Positions 11,094 through 21,698 are shown, counted from the first letter of the whole stretch. The stretch is DNA of 63,895 nucleotides, filler included, from Octopus bimaculoides (GCF_001194135.2; 7 parts of 6 records of this genome joined end to end with filler, not necessarily neighbours in it), one strand, 5' to 3'. Notes: generated from the letters alone by a model not told the origin. Made by a program: numbers and translations.

Positions 11094-11295
11094 TCTAGAC
11101 ATCATGTAATGGTTATAAATGAGCCTCATCATACAAGCAAAGCTGTTCATTTCCAGTCTTCTGTGAAAAACATGTCAATCAGAAAATAACATCTTGATGG
11201 GAAACAGGTGAGGGTTGACAACAGGAAGGGCATCTGGCCGTAGAAAATCTGCATCAACAAATTTCATTCGATCCATGATGATGACAATGATAATA
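11094..11295 (+). mobile_element. Retroposon family E copy
   Basis: Homologous to 2122-2370; (GAT)n tail. Confidence 0.75.
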
Positions 11296-12729
11296 TGGAA
11301 TATATGTAAAATGTGTCGTACTTGCCAAAATAAATAAACATCATCACGTTGAACAGTGGGAAACACTAAGCAATTTTCATACACATGGCTATGATGATGT
11401 AAATGATGTTCACGATAATAATGATTATGAAGGTGATGCTGGTGGTAATGATAATAGCAATAATGATGATAGTGATGACCACCAAGGATGAAGATGGTCG
11501 TGATTGAGATGCAAGTAAAAAGTAATTTCTTATGATTGATTTACAATATTTACTTAATTTATTATTTAATTACCATACATCAAATAACACCAGTTGTTGT
11601 TTATTCCTCCCTTCCCAAGTCAGTCTTGATCAAGTAAATCCATCATCATAGACATTCTAGCCAGTATCATTCCTATTTTTTAGCCTATCCTATGTAGCCT
11701 TTCAAGTTTAATGCACCAGGAAGTGGCATGGCCAAAATTTGGCTGCTATTTTTAGTAGACTGATCAATCACTTTGAGGCTTTCTAGTTCTATAAACATAA
11801 CTGGGTGCAAAGAGGGATTAAGAGAACTCAGAGGAAAGGAATCTCTGCCATCTCCCATTTCCTACCCAGTCAATCAGCCAACCAACTGCCTGGTCAACTA
11901 CCCCTACATTCTATCACATGCACACACAAATACACAAACACACGTGCACACACACACACACATGTACGCCAAGAAAATTACACAACATCTACACTTCCTC
12001 CCTCTGCATACTAATTCTGTAAAGTGATACTCCTTTATACAATTGAGTTAATAACCAGCATGAATGACATTTGAACTTTTAATAGGGGGGAGGGAGGAAA
12101 AATGTGGGGTGAGTGGGTAGAGGTGAAGGGAGAGAAGGGCTTTGTGAGATGAGGCCCTTTAATGTTGTTCAGTCAGTGTGCTATACATAAAGAGGGAAGA
12201 AAGGGGAGAGAAGAGGTCTGCAAGATCAGACAGACAGAAATATGTGTATGGGTATGCATGTGTGTGTGGGTGTGTGTGTGCATGCATACTGCTACAACAC
12301 ACAGGAAACTAAATTGTTCATCCAGTGATTTGTTGAAGTGTGCTTTTTTGTTTCTTTTTCTTTCACAGCTCAAGCACACTTGCTCACACTTCATGTCAAA
12401 CTATATGTCACTTGTAGCTTGTGTGTGTGTGTGTGTATGATGGCTGGCTAAATGGTTGTTAACAAGTTTGCATCACAATCATCATAAGATGGTGGGTTTG
12501 ATCCCATTTGGCAACACCTTGGGCAAGTATCTCTAACCATAACTTTCACTTGACTCAAACCTCAGAAATGAAAATGAACAGAAGAAAGCTGTATGGAAAC
12601 AAATGACTGACCATAACATTTTAGCCACCTACTGTTTCACCTGAATTAAGTCTGAGGGTTACATTGATGGTACAGTGTTTTTAGGCAAGGTTAATTTTTC
12701 TTAATGATTTAAAGTTTGTTATAAAGCTG

Positions 12730-12957
12730 TTAACCCTTTAGCATTTAAACCAGTCCTATCTGGCCAAAATATTCTACCAGTTTTACAGTCAAACTGGCCA
12801 GATCCAGTATACCAAATTTACTCTATAATGTCACTCTAACAATAAACAGTCACATCATTGAAATTCTGAAGCTACAAGATAATGCATGATTGATTCAAAA
12901 CAATGTGAATAAATAAGTATTACATTTGATAGAATAATCTGAATACTAAAGGGTTAG
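12730..12957 (+). mobile_element. piggyBac-like MITE (best-preserved copy)
   Basis: TTAA|CCCTTTAGCATT ... AATACTAAAGGG|TTAG: 12-bp TIRs starting CCC, flanked by TTAA/TTAG. Confidence 0.75.
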
Positions 12958-13022
12958 TGTTATGCTATAAATTGTGATATATGCAATACTACTTCAATAT
13001 AAAGCTGATAATGTCATGTAAG

Positions 13023-13634
13023 CAGTGCTGGATTAACCATTAAGCAAAATAAGCATGTGCTTAGGGCAATCAAAGGAAGGCGGGCACCTTAGGAATGGTA
13101 AATAGTTTATAGCACAAAAGAAAACACTTTAAATTTGCTAAAATAATATTCAAAGTGGTTTATATGATTGGAAGTATAATTTCAAAGTGTTCATGGTGTC
13201 ATAGTGAGGATCTGATCAAAGACTTTGTGATTAAAAAAAAGTTGGAGAAAACGTTTCAAATAATAAATAAAGTGGAAGTATACAAAAATAAATATTATTT
13301 TTCATCTTACTGTTAGTAATCATTTTGGAAAATAAAAATCTATTTTAAGTGTTGATGCCAGTGCTGGTGCCACTTAAAAAGCACTTAGTACATTTTGAGG
13401 AGAGTTGACATTTGGAAGGGCATCTAGCCAGAGAAACCATGCCAGAACAGACAATGGAGTCTGGTGTGGCCCTTGGCCTTACCAGCTCTGGTCAAACTGT
13501 CCAACTCATGCCAGCATGGAAAATGAATATTAAATGATGATGGATGATGATGTTTATTATTGTTTATATTTTGAATTACATATATATGAGGGCATGAAAA
13601 TCTTTGAAGTGCTTAGGGCCTTAACCTGGCCCTG
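13023..13634 (+). mobile_element. Non-autonomous hAT element with nested RTE 3' end
   Basis: TIRs CAGTGCTGGATTAA / TTAACCTGGCCCTG; 8-bp TSD CATGTAAG (13015-22) / TATGTAAG (13635-42); internal SEDLIKDFVIKKK resembles a hAT C-terminus. Confidence 0.8.
13351..13552 (+). mobile_element. RTE 3' UTR (family D) inserted in the hAT element
   Basis: GATGCCAGTGCTGGTGCCAC.TAAAAAGCAC...GGAAGGGCATCTAGCC...AACTCATGCCAGCATGGAAAA...TTAAATGATGAT. Confidence 0.75.
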
Positions 13635-13894
13635 TATGTAAGAGTCTTGTCGAGAAAGGTTACTTTCATACAAGCCTGTTGAAATTGTATGTATTACTAA
13701 TTTTTTTCTTGGGTTTAACTGAGGTGATGAGTGGTAAAATGGAAAAATACAGGAAAAAAACTGGTTAAGAAACACTAAACCATTAGAACTAGTAGTTGTA
13801 GTAGCAGCAGCAGTGTCTTGATATCCATTGAAAGTGATGGAACCACTGAATACATTGTCCTAATGTAGTAATCTAATAAAAAATGTTTGTTGCC

Positions 13895-14240
13895 TTCTTT
13901 GGACAGACCCATGAAAGGAAGTGAGCTTAATACTCATTTAACCAATGAGTGGCTTTATGAAGATCTACCCAAAATGACTGAGAAGATTCAACAGAGAAGA
14001 ATGAGAATTGCTGGTCATTGCATCAGGCACCCAGAAAAACTTGTATCAACTAGTCTTATAGAAATCAGTTGAAGGAAGAATTAATTGAAGAAAATGTCTA
14101 ACCTATGTGGATAACTTGCTTCAGGGCAGTGAAACAGCAAATGTAGACAAATGAAGAACATGCATGGGGGGACTGTAAAAGATGGCATGCTTGCATGAAA
14201 TCATTGAAGTGTCTGGGAGGATGACTAAACTAAACTAAAA
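13895..14240 (+). mobile_element. RTE/RTE-X-like LINE C-terminal fragment, copy 1
   Basis: HLTNEWLYEDLPKMTEKIQQRRMRIAGHCIRHPE..., then YVDNLLQ...; ends in AAACTAAACTAAAA. Confidence 0.75.
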
Positions 14241-14334
14241 CCTAAGTTTTACCAATATACTCTTCAATGATGTGGGTTACTTATTGCACACATCACTACC
14301 TTACCTCTGAAACTTACTTTCGGTATAAACAAGG

Positions 14335-14578
14335 GAAAGAAGATTCAACAGAGAACAATGAGAATTGCTGGTCATTGCATCAGGCACCCAGAAGAACTTG
14401 TATGTCAACTGGTCTTATGGTAGTCAGTTGAAGGGAGAATCAACAGGGAAAGAAATTGTCTAATGCATGTAGACAACTTGCTTCAGGACAGTGGAATGGC
14501 AAATATTGATGAATTAAGAACATGCATGAGGGACCGTGCATTGAAGTATCCAGGAAGGTGGCCAAACTAAAACTAATA
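14335..14578 (+). mobile_element. RTE/RTE-X-like LINE C-terminal fragment, copy 2
   Basis: KKIQQRTMRIAGHCIRHPEELVCQLVLW*SVEGRINRE...HVDNLLQDSGMANIDELRTCMRDR; ends in AAACTAAAACTAA. Confidence 0.75.
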
Positions 14579-14966
14579 CTACAGGTACTTTATTAAAACA
14601 CCTATCAATGATATAGTGATCCCACCAATTGCATTATTGCGCAAGAAGCTTTATGTCACCTCAACATATATTTCAAGCTTGGCTGAGTGTGTGATTATAT
14701 GTTAATTGGTTCAAACAAGGATACATGGTGGGGGTCTATGAGACAACATGTAAGAACAGTCATCACAGCACAGGGTCTGTGATGACCATGTAGAAATTGT
14801 CTTGGGTCTGTGGGGGTTATGTAGAAATTACTCTCAGTCAGTGAACACTGTGTACAAAACTGTCATTTTTCTGGATTTTAAACTGACATCTTATTAACCT
14901 GGAGCTGCTGAGAAACCTCAGACTTCATTGTAAATTCTATTATATTGTCATGTATAATTCAGTGAA

Positions 14967-14997
<31 letters not shown>

Positions 14998-15589
14998 GAG
15001 AGAGAGGAGTGTGTGTGTGTGTGTGTGTGTGTGAAAGAGTGAGTACATGAAAGAGAGACAAAGGGGATAGAGAGGTAGATTATACATGTGTGTGTGTGTG
15101 TGTGTATATATATACATGGAAAGAGAAAAAGTGAGAGAGAAATTTTCTCTTAGGACATTGGATGTCATCTTAGCTTGTTTCGAGAAATTATTCCTTCCTC
15201 CTTACCTCACCACCACTGCTGCAATTACTACCCCAACGCACCATACAACCACTGTCCCCCCCCCACTCGACCTGAGGTAGTAGTAATAATAGTTCAATTT
15301 GTTTGTCTTTTCATTTGTTTCTTCCTGTTTCAATATAACTGTAAGGAGACACAAGAGAGTGGTTAACCCTGTTTATGACAAGTTTTTGCATCCATGCAGG
15401 AATGTAAATTGGTTGATATGATTAGATCCACAGTCAGAAACAGGGTCATATAGTAGAAGACATTGAAGAGGAGGCAGATGATGATTATGAGGAACTATCA
15501 ACAACTAAATCTATTGCATAAAAATTACAGCAGTACATCCTAGAAAATCTAGCTCTGGCTGTATACACACATGCATAATAACACACACA

Positions 15590-15810
15590 TATGAAGGGTG
15601 CCGAAAAGTTCATGGCTTGAAGGGTATCATGAAAGGCCTGGTTGGAGGCCCAACATTCTGAGTTCTTTTACAGGGTTTAGAAAAAACTGAAGGACCACTG
15701 CAATAAGTGTGTGAATCTGAGATGGGAGTATGTTGAATAAAATCATAATCAACTGATCCTCCTGTATTTTCTTTCACCCAAAGCCAGGAACTTTTCAACA
15801 CTCCCTTGTA
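15590..15810 (+). mobile_element. mariner-derived MITE with TA TSD
   Basis: Left TA|TGAAGGGTGCCGAAAAGTTCATGGCTT; right end reverse-complemented TA|CAAGGGAGTGTTGAAAAGTTCCTGGCTT. The interior encodes QGLEK/LKDHCNKCVNLRWEYVE* (mariner C-terminus, 1-nt frameshift). Confidence 0.8.
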
Positions 15811-15835
15811 TAAGTATGTATACACACACATACAA

Positions 15836-16029
15836 TCATCATCATCATCATCATCGTTTAACGTCCGCTTTCCATGCTAGCATGGGTTGGACGATTTGAC
15901 TGAGGACTGGTGAAACCGGATGGCAACACCAGGCTCCAGTCTGATTTGGCAGAGTTTCTACAGCTGGATGCCCTTCCTAACGCCAACCACTCAGAGAGTG
16001 TAGTGGGTGCTTTTACGTGTCACCCGCAC
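15836..16029 (-). mobile_element. Young RTE 3' UTR (family D), cut by a scaffold spacer
   Basis: (CAT)n then CGTTTAACGTCCGCTTTCCATGCTAGCATGGGTTGGACGATTTGACTGAGGAC...GGATGCCCTTCCTAACGCC; CpGs retained. Confidence 0.85.
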
Positions 16030-16129
16030 NNNNNNNNNNNNNNNNNNNNNNNNNNNNNNNNNNNNNNNNNNNNTTAATTAATTAANNNNNNNNNNNNNNN
16101 NNNNNNNNNNNNNNNNNNNNNNNNNNNNN
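16030..16129. other. Artificial scaffold-join spacer (first of six)
   Basis: 44 N + TTAATTAATTAA + 44 N = 100 nt; identical spacers at 30406-30505, 49062-49161, 55476-55575, 60939-61038 and 62750-62849. Confidence 0.95.
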
Positions 16130-16131
16130 TT

Positions 16132-16309
16132 ACAAATATATATAACATACAGAAAATTGCACTACTGGGTACTGCACACATTCTACGCAAAACACTTTCA
16201 ATACAGTAAACATAAGAGCACCACAGCAAACCACAGTACATACCCAAGGCGCACAGAGCTGCGCTCGGTAGTGAAGTGAAAGCACGTTATAAAAATAAAA
16301 CTACTGAAC

Positions 16310-16347
<38 letters not shown>

Positions 16348-16350
16348 TAA
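16132..16350 (+). mobile_element. 3' end of an R4/Dong-like (RLE-type) non-LTR retrotransposon with (AAT)n tail
   Basis: 16132-16209 translates TNIYNIQKIALLGTAHILRKTLSIQ*, matching the Q K..LLGTA.ILR C-terminus of R2-superfamily ORFs; ~100-nt UTR, then (AAT)n at 16310-16350. Confidence 0.75.
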
Positions 16351-16354
16351 CAAC

Positions 16355-16723
16355 AACAAGAGCACTCAGAGAGCGCAAACCTCCCCGTCAAGGCAACACC
16401 AACGTCCTCTCAACGATTAGTCGGAGATGATTTTTAAAATGAGAATATCTGAAATAAACTTGACTGTTCTCACAAACGAGAATACTAAAAAGGAACCCGA
16501 CCACTCTCAAAAATTAAGTAAAATAAAAATAGGAGAAATAATCCAGAATCCTTGTCCAGTCCCGGATCGATCCCAAAATCTAATCAGTTCGTGCCAGTCA
16601 TGAGGCCAAAGATCCCTGAAAGTTTCATGCAAATCCATCCAGCGGTTGAACAAACAAACAAACAAACAAACAAACAAACATGATTGAAAACAATACCCCC
16701 GCCTTCGCTTAGGCGGAGGTAAT
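16355..16723 (+). mobile_element. Helentron-type non-autonomous element (HINE/DINE-1-like)
   Basis: Subterminal inverted motif ACCTCC (16379-84) / GGAGGT (16715-20); 3' hairpin CCGCCT-TCGCTT-AGGCGG (16699-16716); (ACAA)n microsatellite just upstream; AAGTTTCATGCAAATCCATCCAGCGGTT motif typical of such elements. Confidence 0.6.
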
Positions 16724-16734
16724 AAATGCTCTGA

Positions 16735-17280
16735 TGCAATACCAGGATATCCTGGTGCAGTACCAGGTAGTAGCTCTCACGGCCTCTGATCTTAAATGAT
16801 TGGAAATATTATCGTGCACACGTTTTGGTTTGGTGTAAAAGATGGGCTACAGCACATATTCTGCTCAATACCACAGATTTGCTTGACTTTAAGCAGTTGA
16901 GCACGTCCCTTGGTGGATGACAATATGTGCATCTCTGATCACGTGCAGAAGTAGTGGGGGAGTATGATAGCCATGTGTTGAGAGGAATTCTTTGGGGTTT
17001 GAATAATTCATCTTTGGAAACATGGGTGTTTCGTACAACATCCTTAAACAACCCCTATTCAGGGACATTTTGAGAATTGTAAATGAACTCCACCTACAAG
17101 CTCATGCGATGTTTATCTTGATATGAGACCACTATGTCGCGCACATATTGTTGTGACGCATGTGCCTGGTGTGCCCTTATCAGACGAGTAGTTATGATGG
17201 CTATATTTAGCTTCGTATATTTCTAACACAGTATTACTTGGATTGCATGCGCTGCTCTCTCACGCAATAATAATGATAAA
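16735..17280 (+). repeat. Unclassified interspersed repeat family H, copy 1, ending in an AAT-rich tail
   Basis: Clearly homologous to 17283-17703 and 35558-35690 (AAAAGATGGGCTACAGC, CAGTTGAGCA.GTCCC, GGGGTTTGAATAATTCATCT). Confidence 0.7.
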
Positions 17281-17282
17281 TG

Positions 17283-17703
17283 ATCTGATGCAATACCAGG
17301 ATATCCTATTGCAATACCAAAATATTCTGATGTAATACCAGACAGTGGCTCTCATGAATTCTGATTTTAACTGATCGGAAGTGTTATGATGTACATTGTT
17401 TTGTCTTGGTATAAAAGATTGGCTGTAGCAAATATTCTGCTCAATACCACAAATTTGCTTGTCACTTGCTTGATCTTAACCAGTTGAGCATGTCTCTTGG
17501 TGGCTGACGATATGTGCATCGCTGATCATGAGCAGAAGTAGTCGGGGAGCATCATAGCCATGTGTTGAGAGGAGGTCTTTGGGGTTTGAATAATTCATCT
17601 CTGGCAGCATGTGTGTTTCGTTCATCAACCTTAAGCAAGTCTTATTCGGGGACCTTTTGAGCGGGATGGGCTACTCAACCTGAGGAAAATTCTAACTGGG
17701 TCC
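17283..17703 (+). repeat. Family H, copy 2 (head-to-tail with copy 1)
   Basis: Diverged direct repeat of 16735-17090. Confidence 0.7.
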
Positions 17704-17707
17704 TACC

Positions 17708-17752
<45 letters not shown>

Positions 17753-17843
17753 CCACCACCACCACCAGCATCACCACTACCATCGTCATTATCATCGTCA
17801 TCGTCGTCGTCGTCATCGTTGTCATTATCATCATCGTCACCAC

Positions 17844-17888
<45 letters not shown>

Positions 17889-18304
17889 CACCAACACCGA
17901 ATTAATCTACCACCCGGTTAAGCTCCACCATCAGACACCTCGAGTACCTTTAAACGGTGTCTTTTCTGTTGCAAGCGTTCGTCGTCATCACCATCGTCAT
18001 CGTCATCATCATCATCGCCATTACCCCTCACCACTGTTATTACTGCCACTGTCTCCTCCTCCTCCATCACCACCACCACCATCACCACATTCACCACTAC
18101 TACCACTACCACCAGTACCATCACCAGCACCACCAGCAGCAGCAGCGCCACTACCACCAGTGCCATCACCACCACAACAAGCACCTCATCACCACCAATA
18201 CCAGCATCAGCATCAGCGCCACCACTACTACCACCACCATCGCCACCCTTCCCGTTAGCACCACCGCCATCACCAGAACTACTACTACATTCAACACCAC
18301 CACT
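17704..18304. repeat. Compound trinucleotide microsatellite (CAT/CAC/CGT/ACC)
   Basis: Directly visible; explains the poly-M/V/H/T ORFs. Confidence 0.9.
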
Positions 18305-18870
18305 NNNNNNNNNNNNNNNNNNNNNNNNNNNNNNNNNNNNNNNNNNNNNNNNNNNNNNNNNNNNNNNNNNNNNNNNNNNNNNNNNNNNNNNNNNNNNNNN
18401 NNNNNNNNNNNNNNNNNNNNNNNNNNNNNNNNNNNNNNNNNNNNNNNNNNNNNNNNNNNNNNNNNNNNNNNNNNNNNNNNNNNNNNNNNNNNNNNNNNNN
18501 NNNNNNNNNNNNNNNNNNNNNNNNNNNNNNNNNNNNNNNNNNNNNNNNNNNNNNNNNNNNNNNNNNNNNNNNNNNNNNNNNNNNNNNNNNNNNNNNNNNN
18601 NNNNNNNNNNNNNNNNNNNNNNNNNNNNNNNNNNNNNNNNNNNNNNNNNNNNNNNNNNNNNNNNNNNNNNNNNNNNNNNNNNNNNNNNNNNNNNNNNNNN
18701 NNNNNNNNNNNNNNNNNNNNNNNNNNNNNCGGGTAGTGATGGGAGGTTGGTGGCGGGTACAGATGTCGTGAACTAGAAGAGAACTAATTATTTTAACATG
18801 ATTGTGTGTATGTATGTGTATGTGTGTGTCGCTATCTGCATGTGAAAAGTATATAAGTATATGTAGTAGC

Positions 18871-18907
<37 letters not shown>

Positions 18908-20172
18908 ATAGTAGTAGTAATAGTGGTGGGGGTGGTAGTAGATGAGGAAGATGAAGTAAGGGGTGGGTGGTTTAGGGGAAGGGAGCTGATCCTTAATAGA
19001 TACCCCTTTGTTTTGTTTGTTGGTTTCTCTACATTTTGCTTGATAGTGTAAACATTTCTTCTTCAACCCCACCCCGCGTCACCCCAATCCACTCCGTTCT
19101 TGTCTTCTGTCTTCTGAGTCTTCTGCTCTTTCGTCTTCTCACTGATTCTACTTCCTTTTCCCCCCTGTTTTTTCTCTCTTTCTCTTTCTTCTATTTCGTT
19201 TCTTGTTCTTCTTCTTCTTGGTCTCTGGACAACCTTTATCTGTCCCCTACACGTTATTCTTTTGATATAAACCCGCCTGAAAATCGCCCCTGGTTCTATA
19301 ATACAAACTTTCTCTTTTTTTAAAGTGATCTACATGAAACTCTTTCAACAGAGCTTCACTCCAATTTACGAACCAAACACCAACGCAAAACGAATTAATA
19401 ATTATAAAGTTATCTTTAATAAAATAATTATCATTTCCAAAAATTGATTGAAACAATGACTGTGTTTTAAACAGCGATACGGTAACAAGTGGGTTAAATT
19501 GTCTTGGTAATTTTCACTGAAATTTCTGAATAAAACCATATTAATAGTTATGCTTATACCATCACAACGGTAAAACTTAAACAAAATCGTTTACGTTGAC
19601 ACGGGGCTGTCGTAATTAGATCGTCTCAACGGCACCGTTTTATTTGTATCATCTCTAAGTCTGATTAACAAACAACCTTCACTGTCGCTGGACTTTTCAT
19701 CACCGGATACATAAATTTATTTTACTATTTAAATGAAAATAAATTTAATATAAATAGGCCCCTCTCATTTTTTTTAAAAATACGTATTTTATTTTAATGG
19801 AAAAAAAATGTGTCGTTGAAAAAAATTGTAGAAGCAACCAGGCGACGAAAAACGCGTCGACATAAAGTCCACGGCGACACCTCCACCTGTCATCACTCTA
19901 CAAGTCAATGAATGCGGATAAGGCATGTGTACTTGAACATTCCCTTCAATTTCTCTCTACTAAATTTCTCGATTTTTCTGAACTGACAAGCTAGTTTTAT
20001 ATACCGCTCGATACGTTAAATTCGATTTTCCTCGTAAAACGAAACATAAATTGCAGCACCACATGCTGACGCTAATATTATATTAAAACACTAAAGAAGG
20101 AAAACACTCGAGGACAAACTACAAATAAACAGCGAATTTTATATAATCATAAAACAAAGCTAGAGACAAACA

Positions 20173-20387
20173 TATTCTTTTCTACTCTAGGCACAAGGCC
20201 TGAAATTTTTGGGGATGGCCCAGTTAATTAGATCGACCCCAGTACGCAACTGGTACTTAATTTATCGACCCCGAAAGGATGAACGGCAAAGTCGACGTCG
20301 GCGGAATTTGAACTCAGACCGTAAAGACAGACGAAATACCACTAAGCATTTCGCCCGGCATGCTAACAGTTCTGCCAACTCGCCGCC
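20173..20387 (-). mobile_element. tRNA-derived SINE family B, full length
   Basis: Minus-strand head GGCGGCGAGTTGGCAGAA...GAGTTCAAATTCCGCCG; core TTGCC.TTCATCCTTTCGGGGTCGATAAATTAAGTACCAG; tail CTTGTGCCTAGAGTAGAAAAGAATA. Confidence 0.9.
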
Positions 20388-20894
20388 TTACCCAAGTTAA
20401 ATAATGCAAGGCACATGCATACTATTTATCTCAAAGAGAAAGGCCGACATGTACAGAAATATAATTCCCAGGGACAGAAAAAAAAATGCGATGAAAGGAG
20501 AACAAAGATCTCTTAAAACATTTCAATGAAAAAAAATCCCAGACATTGAAAGATGTCCATTTTATAAAGGACGCGCTTAGAAATCGGGAAAAAAATCAAA
20601 CACTCCCTTGAAAAGGAGAGAAAAAAAGGAGTAAAACCAGACGTGTAGAAAACATACAAACAAACTCTGAAGTTTTCTATACACTCCCCAAAGGATCATC
20701 AACATCAGGGCTTTATAAAAGAGGATCATTGTTCCAAGAAAATATCTCAGTATGCAGACATCAAAACGGTAAGTTGAAATAAATATGAAATAATTCAAAA
20801 GTGTTTTGCCAATCCCGAAGGGACGTGTGTAAATAAACAAGCCAGATTAGATCGTCAACACTATAGCTTTACATCGATTACACTGATAATGGTA

Positions 20895-21060
20895 TCAAAG
20901 GGGAAGAGGGTAAGTCGATTACATCGACCCTCAGTACGCAACTGGTACTTATTTCATCGACCCCCGGAAAGATGAAAGGCAAAATCGACCTCAGCGCAAT
21001 TCGAACTCAGATCATAAAGCATTCTGCCCGGTGTGCTAACGGTTCTGTCCGCTCACTGCT
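20895..21060 (-). mobile_element. SINE family B, diverged copy
   Basis: GTACGCAACTGGTACTTATTTCATCGACCCCCGGAAAGATGAAAGGCAAAATCGACCTC. Confidence 0.8.
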
Positions 21061-21513
21061 TTATCGTTTACATTGATATTAAGGGGGAATTATGATATCG
21101 ATTTCAAATTTTGGTACAAGGCCAGCAATTTTNNNNNNNNNNNNNNNNNNNNNNNNNNNNNNNNNNNNNNNNNNNNNNNNNNNNNNNNNNNNNNNNNNNN
21201 NNNNNNNNNNNNNNNNNNNNNNNNNNNNNNNNNNNNNNNNNNNNNNNNNNNNNNNNNNNNNNNNNNNNNNNNNNNNNNNNNNNNNNNNNNNNNNNNNNNN
21301 NNNNNNNNNNNNNNNNNNNNNNNNNNNNNNNNNNNNNNNNNNNNNNNNNNNNNNNNNNNNNNNNNNNNNNNNNNNNNNNNNNNNNNNNNNNNNNNNNNNN
21401 NNNNNNNNNNNNNNNNNNNNNNNNNNNNNNNNNNNNNNNNNNNNNNNNNNNNNNNNNNNNNNNNNNNNNNNNNNNNNNNNNNNNNNNNNNNNNNNNNNNN
21501 NNNNNNNNNNNNN

Positions 21514-21551
<38 letters not shown>

Positions 21552-21664
21552 AATATATGAGTATATGCATATATATGTACATGTATGTACATACCTTCAT
21601 CTACATGTACACATAGATACATAACTGGGTACATGACGTGGCAAAAGAACATGGGCAAAATGAT

Positions 21665-21698
<34 letters not shown>

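Noticed and set aside
17957-18304. His-rich then Thr-rich ORF resembling a cephalopod His-rich structural protein
   Set aside because: Fully explained by a compound CAT/CAC/ACC microsatellite; no signal peptide or splice context.
19000-20100. CpG-rich unique region first read as the promoter and 5' UTR of a leftward gene
   Set aside because: No ORF or donor site, and the CpG shift occurs at the 16030 scaffold join rather than here.
20640-20720. Minus-strand CTGATGTTGATGATCC...GAAAACTTCAGAG, hammerhead-like
   Set aside because: Core and stems too degenerate to draw a valid fold.
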